A DNA stretch of 22,354 nt from contig JBHIAE010000046.1 of the NCBI GenBank assembly GCA_046758445.1, positions 1 to 22,354 of the forward strand, given 5' to 3'. Positions 14,611 to 22,354 of this stretch are shown piece by piece. Origin of the DNA: Candidatus Thorarchaeota archaeon (GTDB taxonomy: Archaea > Asgardarchaeota > Thorarchaeia > Thorarchaeales > Thorarchaeaceae). Numbering within the stretch: the first letter of the stretch is position 1; each line of letters begins with the position of its first letter. The position numbers and the translations under genes are program-made. The notes under the pieces are model-generated. The model worked only from the letters and a program-made list of their open reading frames with translations. It did no database searches and was not told the origin of the DNA.

Positions 14611-16254
14611 ATGGAAACTGAGAGAGTCGATCCAGTACCAGAGCAGCCGATTGTTCATGAGGACACTGGAGAGCTGAAGAGATTCCGTGTAGAGAAGTAT
14701 CCAGTTCGCGATCTGCCCTATCAGACTCAATCGATATGCCCTGACTGCCTTCTAGATAACGATGAGGTTCGCGTCATCGATGCCACTGTGTACGAGGAAG
14801 AAGGCAAAGTCATGTACAAGAAGTCCTGTCAAGATCACGGGGAGTTTGTCGACGTATACTGGGGCGACGCTGAGATGTTCAAAGAGGCCCAGAAGTGGTG
14901 GTTCAAATCTGTCGGTCTGGACAATCCGAGGACGCAGACGGTCAAGGGGTGCCCGGAGGACTGTGGTCAATGTCCGGAGCACAAGTCACACACCGCTCTG
15001 GCTCTGCTTGATGTCACGAACCGATGTAACCTACGTTGTCCCATCTGCTTCGCAGTAGCGGCAGAGGGTGGTGATGTGTTCGAGCCTGAGCCAGAGGAAG
15101 TACTGGAGATGATGCGGAATCTGCGTAGAAACATGCCAGTTCCGGCACCTGCAATTCAGTTCGCGGGTGGCGAACCAACAGTGACTAAGCATCTTCCCCA
15201 GTACATCAAGTGGGCGAAGGAACTAGGATTTCGACACGTCCAGATTGCGAGCAACGCAATCAGAGTTGGAAAGAGTAAGGAGTACCTACAAGAGCTACGT
15301 GACGCGGGACTGTCAACTATCTACATGCAGTTCGACGGAGTGACACCTGAGCCATACTTGGAAGCCCGAAACACAAATCTGCTACCAGTGAAGGAACAGG
15401 CAATTCAAAACGCCCGAGAAGTCGGCATGGAGTCATTGGTTCTTGTACCTACTGTAGTGCGCGGAGTGAACGACGACCAGGTAGGTAAGATTGTGGAGTA
15501 CGCTGTGGAGAATAGTGATGTCATTCGATGTGTGAACTTCCAACCCGTAAGCATCACGGGTCGCATTGACTACGAAGCACGAAAGCAGATGCGTATCACG
15601 ATTCCAGATGTGATTCATCTAATCGAGGAACAGACTGGAGGCAAGATCCCATCTCATGTATGGTATCCTGTGCCTGCCATGATGCCCGTGGGTCGTGCAC
15701 TTGGCCTGATGAAGGGCAATCCTCAGCTCGAGCTGAGTACTCACTTCGCATGCGGAATGTCCACGTTCATCTACATCAACGATGAAGGCGACTATGAGCC
15801 AATCACCAATCTGATTGATGTCGATAAGTTTCTTGTCCTGCTAGAAGACATCTCAAACCTCTTTGCTGAGCAGAAGACAGGCGCCAGTGCACGCGCAAAG
15901 GTTAAGCTGGCCGCAGGTCTCAGGCACATAAAGAGGAGAGGAGTCATCAAAGATCTGATTGGTGCTTTTCTGAAGCGCGGCGACTACGAGTCTCTAGCCA
16001 AGTTCATGCGGCGCATCATAATGATTGGGCTCATGCACTTCCAAGACCCATTCAACTTCGACTTGGAACGCATCCAGCATTGCGACGTGAACTATGCCGT
16101 GCCAGATGGCAGAATCATACCGTTCTGTACCATGAACACCATCCACAGGTCCAGGGTTGAAGACAAGTTCAGCAAACCGGTCGATGAATGGCGCGCTCAA
16201 CACAAACCCACCAGGGTCGAGGAAGACAGCATCTCTAAGCCGTTTATGGGCTAA
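14611..16254 (+). CDS. tes: Radical SAM tetraether lipid synthase (Tes / GDGT-MAS, MJ0619 family)
   Basis: N-terminal SICPDC...C..HG, GCPEDCGQCPEH cluster, CNLRCPIC radical SAM motif, GGEPT, C-terminal C...YAVPDGRIIPFC. Confidence 0.88.
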   Translation: METERVDPVPEQPIVHEDTGELKRFRVEKYPVRDLPYQTQSICPDCLLDNDEVRVIDATVYEEEGKVMYKKSCQDHGEFVDVYWGDAEMFKEAQKWWFKSVGLDNPRTQTVKGCPEDCGQCPEHKSHTALALLDVTNRCNLRCPICFAVAAEGGDVFEPEPEEVLEMMRNLRRNMPVPAPAIQFAGGEPTVTKHLPQYIKWAKELGFRHVQIASNAIRVGKSKEYLQELRDAGLSTIYMQFDGVTPEPYLEARNTNLLPVKEQAIQNAREVGMESLVLVPTVVRGVNDDQVGKIVEYAVENSDVIRCVNFQPVSITGRIDYEARKQMRITIPDVIHLIEEQTGGKIPSHVWYPVPAMMPVGRALGLMKGNPQLELSTHFACGMSTFIYINDEGDYEPITNLIDVDKFLVLLEDISNLFAEQKTGASARAKVKLAAGLRHIKRRGVIKDLIGAFLKRGDYESLAKFMRRIIMIGLMHFQDPFNFDLERIQHCDVNYAVPDGRIIPFCTMNTIHRSRVEDKFSKPVDEWRAQHKPTRVEEDSISKPFMG

Positions 16255-16337
16255 AGACACTGACCCCAAGGCATCAAGATCGCTGTTCATTGGGGTCCAG
16301 CTTCCTCATTCTTGGTCTGGGCCAAATATGCCAAAGT

Positions 16338-16350
16338 AAACTTTAATATA
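16338..16350 (+). promoter_or_regulatory. BRE-TATA promoter for candidate ncRNA-2
   Basis: AAACTTTAATATA with no credible ORF downstream; phzF has its own box at ~16740. Confidence 0.55.
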
Positions 16351-16380
16351 GATGGCGACTTTCTAAAGTTGGATAAAGTC

Positions 16381-16504
16381 GGTGGGTGTGCGGGAGCTCG
16401 ATCTCCAGGTGCATACTCAAGGCGAGCATGTGGGCTAGTTTTTCGTTACATGCCCTCAATTACGAAACTCCCCCCTCCTACCACGATTTCCCGCGTGCTC
16501 GCCA
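16381..16504 (+). ncRNA. Candidate ~124-nt structured ncRNA, family not recognised
   Basis: 14-bp helix GGCGAGCATGTGGG/CCCGCGTGCTCGCC, plus GGGTGTGC/GCATACTC, GGAG/CTCC and TTTCGT/ACGAAA; G-U pairs indicate the + strand; pyrimidine-rich tail. Confidence 0.6.
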
Positions 16505-16739
16505 CCTCATTCCTTCTCAAAATCGCAGACGGCGGTTTCTGTATCGGTGTTCTGTTAATCTTTCACATATTATAGAGAGTCCTGTGCATTACTACCTGGT
16601 TTAACAATTCGGACAAGTTCAGCATTCCCTAGTGTTCTGGCGTCTGTCACTTCTTCTTGCCATGCCTGTGTGCTACATCGTATCCTGAATCATTACCGTT
16701 GGTCGAAGTCGGTTCCGCTTGCCAATAAGGCAACCACAT

Positions 16740-16753
16740 GAAACTCTTAATTA
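16740..16753 (+). promoter_or_regulatory. BRE-TATA promoter of the PhzF-family gene (likely leaderless or short leader)
   Basis: GAAACTCTTAATTA about 26 nt before GTG 16779. Confidence 0.55.
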
Positions 16754-16778
16754 GCCCCGAGCGATACCACGGTCTGAA

Positions 16779-17702
16779 GTGTCCCGTATGAAGCGACGCC
16801 GGAATCTGCGACTAATACAGGTTGATGCCTTCACAGATACTGCCTATGGCGGCAATCCTGCGGCAGTGATAATCTGTGATAAGGGGCTTGATGATGCAAC
16901 CATGAAGAAGATCGCTCGAGAGATGAATGTTCGTGAAACCGTCTTCGTATCCAATTCTAAGGTGGCAGACTTCCGCTTCCATTTCATGACACCGAAAGGC
17001 GAGCTTGGATTCTCCGGCCATCCAACGATAGCTGCGTTCCATGCTCTGGTAGAGGAAGGTCTAGCTGAAGTGCCTGGTGATGTGACGATGTTCCAGCTCG
17101 AAACGAATGTGGGCGTCCTATCGGTCGAGATCGTGAAGAATGAGTCCACAGGTCATCATGAGGTTCAGATAACACATGAGAAACCGAGCTTTCTGAACAC
17201 GTATGACCCGAAAGAGTATGCCGAGGCACTAGGACTTACGCTGGCAGACATAATGTCCCCAAATCCGGTTCAAACAGTCAGTACTGGGACACCACATCTT
17301 ATGATACCAGTTTCGACCATGCGGGCAATGGAACGTATTGAGCCAGATTGGGCTTGTTTGAAAGAACTCCGCGAAGGTCGTGACTACGTTTCAATACAAG
17401 TCTTCACAAGGGATGCACTAGAGCCCACATCCGATGCTCACGCTCGACATTTCGCACCTGCCCTTGGCGTCTATGAAGATCCTGTAAGCGGTTCCGGAGC
17501 AGGCTGCATGGCTAGCTACATGATAAGATACGGTCTAGTGGAACCAACAATCCCTGTAACTAGCATCGTCATTGAGCAGGGTCACTTTGTTGATCGACCC
17601 GGAAGGGTGTTCGTAGAGGTTCAGGGCAATCAGGAAGACATCCAACAGGTGAAGGTGAGCGGCACAGGCGTAACAGTGCTCGAAGGGACAGTCTTCGTGT
17701 AG
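16779..17702 (+). CDS. PhzF family (DAP-epimerase fold) isomerase
   Basis: QVDAFT...GGNPAAV, ETVF, GHPTIA, VSTG, EDPVSGS, EQG...RPG. Confidence 0.93.
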   Translation: MSRMKRRRNLRLIQVDAFTDTAYGGNPAAVIICDKGLDDATMKKIAREMNVRETVFVSNSKVADFRFHFMTPKGELGFSGHPTIAAFHALVEEGLAEVPGDVTMFQLETNVGVLSVEIVKNESTGHHEVQITHEKPSFLNTYDPKEYAEALGLTLADIMSPNPVQTVSTGTPHLMIPVSTMRAMERIEPDWACLKELREGRDYVSIQVFTRDALEPTSDAHARHFAPALGVYEDPVSGSGAGCMASYMIRYGLVEPTIPVTSIVIEQGHFVDRPGRVFVEVQGNQEDIQQVKVSGTGVTVLEGTVFV

Positions 17703-17747
17703 AGTTTTCAAACGCCTTTCCATCATTCTTCAGTTGATTGCGAGCTG

Positions 17748-17760
17748 GAAAACCCTTATC
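17748..17760 (+). promoter_or_regulatory. BRE-TATA promoter of tldD-tldE
   Basis: GAAAACCCTTATC, followed by a GGTGGTGA SD before GTG 17796. Confidence 0.55.
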
Positions 17761-17795
17761 ACCACAATGTATTGCCGGAGCGGTGGTGAAGCCGA

Positions 17796-19184
17796 GTGCT
17801 AGACGTCATGACCCAAGCGATTGAAGGGCTCTCAGATAGTGAGATTTCGTTCGCTGATATTCGTCAAGAGAGCCGAACGGGCACATCACTCGTGGTTGTC
17901 AACGGTGTACTTCGCACGTTCAACCGTTCAAGCAGATCTGGTACTGTTGCGAGGGTGCTGGTTGGTGAGAGCTGGGGACAGGCGTCGACTACCCAAGCTG
18001 CAACAAGGAGACGTTTGGAGGATCTCCTCTCCGATGCGTCAAGAATGGCCAAAGCAACAGCGGAGTATTCTCGGAAGCGAATCGATCTGTCAGGCGTCAT
18101 TCCCGTTGAGAAGCGCGTTTGGCAGAAGGTGTTGGAGGATCCTGCTGAAGTATCCACTGAAGACAAGCTCGACTTCGTAATGGAACTTGACGAGGCACAG
18201 AAGGTCGATGATCGAATTGTGAACGCGAATTCCAGTTACGCTGACGCAAAGAGCGTGAACAGGCTTGTCAATACTGCCGGGACTAGTCTGGAATGGGATG
18301 AATTACGTGTTCGAGTGACGGTGAATCCCGTAGCAAGAGAAGGCGACCGGATGCAGTTTGATTATGACACACTCAGTGGTCTACAAGGCTTTGAGATGGC
18401 AAGAAGACTCGATGTAGCTGAGTTTGCATCAAAGCCTGCGAAGGGTGCAATTGAGATGCTGTCCGCATCGAAGCCACCGTCTGGCAAGCTGAAGGTTGTA
18501 ATAGATGGAGACCTTGCTGGTGTAGTGGCTCACGAAGTATGCGGGCACGGAAGTGAAGCGGATGAGGTTGTCAAAGGCCGCTCCTTCTTGACTGATATGG
18601 TCGGAAAACAAGTCGGGACCGAGCTTGTGTCAATGGTAGATGACGGCACAATCGAGGGCAGATATGGCACGTTCCCCTTCGATTCTGAGGGCACTCCATC
18701 ATCCAGAACGATGATTATCGACAAGGGCGTTTATGCCGGCTATTTACACACAATTGAAACCGCCAGTCTAATGGGAGTCAGTCCAACAGGCAACGGACGT
18801 GCCCAAGACTACAACCGTCGAATCTTCGCAAGAATGACCAACACTTTCTTTGACGTAGGTGATTGGTCTAATGATGAGATGATCTCTGATACCAAAGACG
18901 GCGTATACGTAATGAAGGCCATGTCCGGTATGGAAGATGTAGTTGGTGGAGGGGTTCAGGTAAGCGCCTTGAAGGGCTATATCATCAAGAACGGCGAACT
19001 CACAGAACTCGTGAGAAGCCTGGCACTAGCAGGAAAGGTTCTTGACATACTGAACACTGTGGACGCAGTAGGGAATGAACTACAGTTCACTGGTGGGACC
19101 TGTGGAAAAGGAGAGGAAGACTGGGCACCAGTGACCTCTGGTGGACCTCACATGAGGGCTGAGATGATCATTGGAGGCGGCTGA
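17796..19184 (+). CDS. tldD: TldD family metalloprotease subunit
   Basis: HEVCGHGSEAD (HExxxH), FDSEG, TGNGRA, RMTNT, C-terminal CGK metal ligand. Confidence 0.93.
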   Translation: MLDVMTQAIEGLSDSEISFADIRQESRTGTSLVVVNGVLRTFNRSSRSGTVARVLVGESWGQASTTQAATRRRLEDLLSDASRMAKATAEYSRKRIDLSGVIPVEKRVWQKVLEDPAEVSTEDKLDFVMELDEAQKVDDRIVNANSSYADAKSVNRLVNTAGTSLEWDELRVRVTVNPVAREGDRMQFDYDTLSGLQGFEMARRLDVAEFASKPAKGAIEMLSASKPPSGKLKVVIDGDLAGVVAHEVCGHGSEADEVVKGRSFLTDMVGKQVGTELVSMVDDGTIEGRYGTFPFDSEGTPSSRTMIIDKGVYAGYLHTIETASLMGVSPTGNGRAQDYNRRIFARMTNTFFDVGDWSNDEMISDTKDGVYVMKAMSGMEDVVGGGVQVSALKGYIIKNGELTELVRSLALAGKVLDILNTVDAVGNELQFTGGTCGKGEEDWAPVTSGGPHMRAEMIIGGG

Positions 19185-19185
19185 G

Positions 19186-20547
19186 ATGACTCTGTCTGAG
19201 AAGTCAAACAAGCTAATCGAGATATCTGAGAGAGAGGGGGCATCTCAGGCAGAAGCCTATGTCATTTGCGCAAGAACATCGAGTGTCTACATCGATGACA
19301 ATATTCCCAAGATTGCTGATTCAAAAGAGGAACTGGGGGTTGGCCTGAAGCTCATACTTGGGAATCAAATCGGATTCACTAGTTCTACACTATTGTCAGA
19401 ATCAGTAGAAGATGTTGTCAGTCGCGCTAAGTCGATGGCAAGGATGAGTTCCGAAGATCCGATGTTCTCTTCTCTCCCCGACCCCGAGAAGCTGTCTGTG
19501 TCACACGATCGATTCTTCGATTCTGAAACTGCTGTCGCCGACAGCTCGGTGCTCGTTGAGAAGGCAATGAGCCTTGTCAGGGTCGCCACCTCGGATTCTA
19601 TCACGGTGCCAAATGGTGTTCTGAGGGCGAGCTCCGTTGAGTTCCAGGTTCAGAACTCCTTAGGAGTCAATACAGGATCCAAATCCACAATGGTATTTGG
19701 TTTCTTCACTGCGAAAGCGGATGACTCCGAATCAGTTGGTGAAGGAGTTCAGAGATGCTGGTCTCGAGGACTTGATGACATAGACTTTGAGAAGGTGGGG
19801 GAGAAGCTGAGAAATCAGGCCGCAGATGTATTGAAGGCAAAGGCCTTCAATGAGAAGTGGGAGGACGCAGTAGCAGTCTTGGCTCCAAGTGAAGGCAGCC
19901 AGATGTTCGGTTCGCTCATCGGATTCACTACCTCGGCAGAGAATGTGAATCGAAGAAGAAGTCCTTGGACAGATAAGGTGGGGGACAGAGTAGCTGATGA
20001 ATCCCTTACAGTCATTGACAATGGTCTTTCCGAGCTTGGGCTCCTCAGCGCAGCCGTCGATGACGAAGGAGTACCAATGCAGAGCACAACAATCATCGAG
20101 AAGGGTGTGCTGAAGTCCTACATCTTTGACAGCTATAATGCCAGGCAGGTCGGTCTGAAATCCACGGGAAACGGAATGCGCCGCAATCCGCGTGATGCGC
20201 AGGGCTCTTTTGTGATGCCAACGAGTTGCGGACCGACAACCTTGGAGATACCGGCAGGGACCAAGACCATTGATGATATCATCAGTGAGGTGAAACGCGG
20301 AGTCTACGTTGAACACTTTGCTTGGCCTCAGGTTGACCCGTTGTCTGGTGCATTCTCTAATGAGATGCGGAACGCTCAGCTCATCGAGAATGGAGAGCTG
20401 ACAACGAAGATCAAGTATGCTCTTCTAGTCGGCAATCTCTATGAAGCAATCGGCAGGGAGCTGGTCTTTGGCTCAGAACTCGAGGTACACTCAAGGTATG
20501 TCATGCCCGCCATTGCCATGAGCGGCATCGAGATTGTTGGACAGTGA
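19186..20547 (+). CDS. pmbA: TldE/PmbA family subunit
   Basis: DDEGVP, STGNG, no HExxxH; ATG at 19186 directly after the tldD stop, with a GGAGG SD. Confidence 0.9.
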   Translation: MTLSEKSNKLIEISEREGASQAEAYVICARTSSVYIDDNIPKIADSKEELGVGLKLILGNQIGFTSSTLLSESVEDVVSRAKSMARMSSEDPMFSSLPDPEKLSVSHDRFFDSETAVADSSVLVEKAMSLVRVATSDSITVPNGVLRASSVEFQVQNSLGVNTGSKSTMVFGFFTAKADDSESVGEGVQRCWSRGLDDIDFEKVGEKLRNQAADVLKAKAFNEKWEDAVAVLAPSEGSQMFGSLIGFTTSAENVNRRRSPWTDKVGDRVADESLTVIDNGLSELGLLSAAVDDEGVPMQSTTIIEKGVLKSYIFDSYNARQVGLKSTGNGMRRNPRDAQGSFVMPTSCGPTTLEIPAGTKTIDDIISEVKRGVYVEHFAWPQVDPLSGAFSNEMRNAQLIENGELTTKIKYALLVGNLYEAIGRELVFGSELEVHSRYVMPAIAMSGIEIVGQ

Positions 20548-20661
20548 CATGTCTTCTGAACAGACCTACAATTTCACGTCTTGTCGGCTCAATACTTTGG
20601 AAACCCTAAAAAGGAGCCTCATTGCAGACCCGTGTGAAACCGATGCGTGAGAGGGTTTCAG

Positions 20662-21744
20662 ATGAGCCAGTTTGAGAAGATAATGAAGGAAGAGATTGCA
20701 GAGATAAATGAGGCTCTGACCGAATTCATCACTTGGAAGAAGGACGAAGCATCTCACATGGGTCCGACTCATCAACAGTACTATGACAACATCCTGGAGT
20801 ACATTATGCGTGGAGGGAAGCGCCTTCGTCCGATGGCGATGGTAGTCGCCCATAAGGCTGTGAAGAAGGACATCGAGGTCAAGCATCTGTATAGGGCTGC
20901 CTGCTCGCTGGAGATTCTACATAACGGCTCACTTCTCCATGACGACCTGATTGATCATGACGAAACAAGACGTGGTGGACCGACATTCCATGCACGCTAT
21001 CGTGAATGGTACAAAGAGCAGTTTGACGCGCGGAAAGAAAAGGCTGATGATTTCGGAATGACTCTCGCCATCTTGGGCGGTGATTCTCTCATCAATCTGG
21101 GGGCCGAGGCGATAAACCACTCCGAACTTGACCCCAGTATTGCGATGAAGCTCTTGGACTATTACCAAAAAGGCTTCAGCGATCTTGTCGAGGGCGTATT
21201 GCTTGAGATGTCTATGATCACACTTCCGGACGTTGGTGAAGATACCTACTTGGAGATGGTATATCGAAAGACAGCGACTCTGTTTCAGAAAGCACTACAA
21301 ATGGGCGCCACCATTGCTGGAGCGAGCAATGCACAGTTGGAGGCCTTCAGCGAGTTTGGTGCGAAGGTCGGACAGGCCTTCCAGATGCAGGACGATATCC
21401 TTGGCTCATTTGGTGACGAGTCTGTCACGGGGAAGTCTTCAGCTGGAGACATAAGAGAAGCAAAGAAGACCATGCTCCTGATTCAGGCCCTCAAGAGAAG
21501 CACATCGGAGCAGAAGAAAGTCCTTGAAGACCTTCTTGGAAAGGCTGACATGTCTGACGACGAAGTCGAAGAAGTTCGGATAGTATTCCGGGATTCAGGA
21601 GCACTTGAAGCCACAGAGAAGATACGAGATGACCTCCTTAAACAGGCACAGGATGCTTTGAAGACAACAAATCCACCGCTAGATTCAAAGTATCTTTCAT
21701 TCTTGATTGATTTGTCAGAGTTCTTGACAAGCAGGGCGTTCTAA
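20662..21744 (+). CDS. trans-Polyprenyl diphosphate synthase (IdsA/GGPPS-like)
   Basis: GGKRLRP, first Asp-rich motif HDDLID..RRG, KTA, second motif FQMQDD; AAACCCTAAAAA upstream. Confidence 0.93.
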   Translation: MSQFEKIMKEEIAEINEALTEFITWKKDEASHMGPTHQQYYDNILEYIMRGGKRLRPMAMVVAHKAVKKDIEVKHLYRAACSLEILHNGSLLHDDLIDHDETRRGGPTFHARYREWYKEQFDARKEKADDFGMTLAILGGDSLINLGAEAINHSELDPSIAMKLLDYYQKGFSDLVEGVLLEMSMITLPDVGEDTYLEMVYRKTATLFQKALQMGATIAGASNAQLEAFSEFGAKVGQAFQMQDDILGSFGDESVTGKSSAGDIREAKKTMLLIQALKRSTSEQKKVLEDLLGKADMSDDEVEEVRIVFRDSGALEATEKIRDDLLKQAQDALKTTNPPLDSKYLSFLIDLSEFLTSRAF

Positions 21745-21748
21745 TCGA

Positions 21749-22348
21749 CTAACCGACTTCTATGAGTCGTAGACTGAGAAGGAGTACATCCTCACCCTTG
21801 GTTTCGAGTATCTTCTCCAAAGGCTTAGTCATACTTGGCAGGTTGTTCCGAAGATACTCTTTGAAATCACTTCTTGAGTCTGCGAGAGCACGGCGCATGG
21901 CTCCGACGTGTCTTAATAGAAGGTCTGCTGCTTCGGCATCCGACACCTCGCCTTTCAGGATCTTGCGTTTCAATGTACGGAGAATGTCTTCAGCGATGAT
22001 TCTTGATTCAGTGACAAGCTTATCGCGAGGGGACAACCGTTTCTTCTTGAGCTTCCTTCTGATTTCCTTGGCTCTCTCAATTGATTCTCTTATCTCAGCC
22101 TCGTCCTGCAACTCCTCCTCTAGATCTGATTCAATCACCAGCTTCTTCCATACTCTCTTTCCTTGAAACTCTAGAGGTGAGAGGTACCCCTTTGAATGCA
22201 TCTCTTTCAGATACCTCTTGAACTCCGGCTCTGTGGTGATGGACTTAGGGCCTGATAGATGAAGGTACTTCTGAAACAGGACCGCCTCAAACTCGATGAC
22301 AGCCCAACCAAATGAGCGAATGATACTGAGCTCTACATCACTATCCAC
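21749..22348 (-). CDS. Hypothetical protein (possible N-terminal winged helix and charged coiled coil); may start beyond the window edge
   Basis: 199-aa ORF convergent with the prenyl synthase gene; the frame stays open to base 22354. Confidence 0.7.
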   Translation of the reverse strand: MDSDVELSIIRSFGWAVIEFEAVLFQKYLHLSGPKSITTEPEFKRYLKEMHSKGYLSPLEFQGKRVWKKLVIESDLEEELQDEAEIRESIERAKEIRRKLKKKRLSPRDKLVTESRIIAEDILRTLKRKILKGEVSDAEAADLLLRHVGAMRRALADSRSDFKEYLRNNLPSMTKPLEKILETKGEDVLLLSLRLIEVG

Positions 22349-22354
22349 TAGTTC

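Noticed and set aside
16312-16604. Short ORFs 16312-16575 and 16386-16604 (likewise 3835-4035)
   Set aside because: Non-ATG starts, atypical composition, and overlap with promoter or RNA structure.
5046-19200. Selenocysteine readthrough at TGA-ended genes, with SECIS-like hairpins
   Set aside because: The proteins appear complete at their TGA; where I checked (14155, 19184) readthrough hits another stop within a few codons; no clear SECIS core was seen.
16779-21744. PhzF + TldDE + prenyl synthase + radical SAM as a RiPP or secondary-metabolite cluster
   Set aside because: Each is a widespread housekeeping family with its own promoter-like motif; there is no precursor peptide, YcaO or transporter.
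1-22354. CRISPR arrays, canonical tRNA/rRNA genes, IS elements, and the many antisense ORFs in the track
   Set aside because: No regular repeat-spacer pattern, cloverleaf or transposase was seen; the antisense ORFs are shadows of well-supported genes.

Overview
Archaeal chromosomal window. It is most likely Asgard, probably Thorarchaeia; this is inferred from a stand-alone divergent EF-2 paralog, GGTGA/GGAGG Shine-Dalgarno (SD) sites and BRE-TATA promoters. Bases ~1-3854 look like the edge of an integrated mobile element: a tightly overlapping operon with a Zn-ribbon protein, a small acidic protein, an ArdC-like ssDNA-binding/metallopeptidase protein, a hypothetical protein and a HEAT-like protein. 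Housekeeping-type genes follow: a SAM methyltransferase, a frameshifted F420-dependent LLM oxidoreductase, the EF-2 paralog (HTG instead of HRG at the diphthamide site), an M20 peptidase, an IleRS2 with a swapped GVHH signature, a Cys-rich hypothetical protein, a MazG-like pyrophosphatase, tetraether synthase (Tes/GDGT-MAS), a PhzF-family protein, TldD/TldE, a polyprenyl diphosphate synthase and a hypothetical protein. The strongest unexplained signal is in the intergenic DNA. Two free-standing candidate ncRNAs, each behind its own promoter-like motif (4039-4140 and 16381-16504), share AGTC|GG...CC-ACCT ends and C-rich loops. There are also switch-like structured leaders on the EF-2 paralog and on tes, and a structured 3' element after the EF-2 paralog. 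All RNA folds were derived by eye, and no database search was run.
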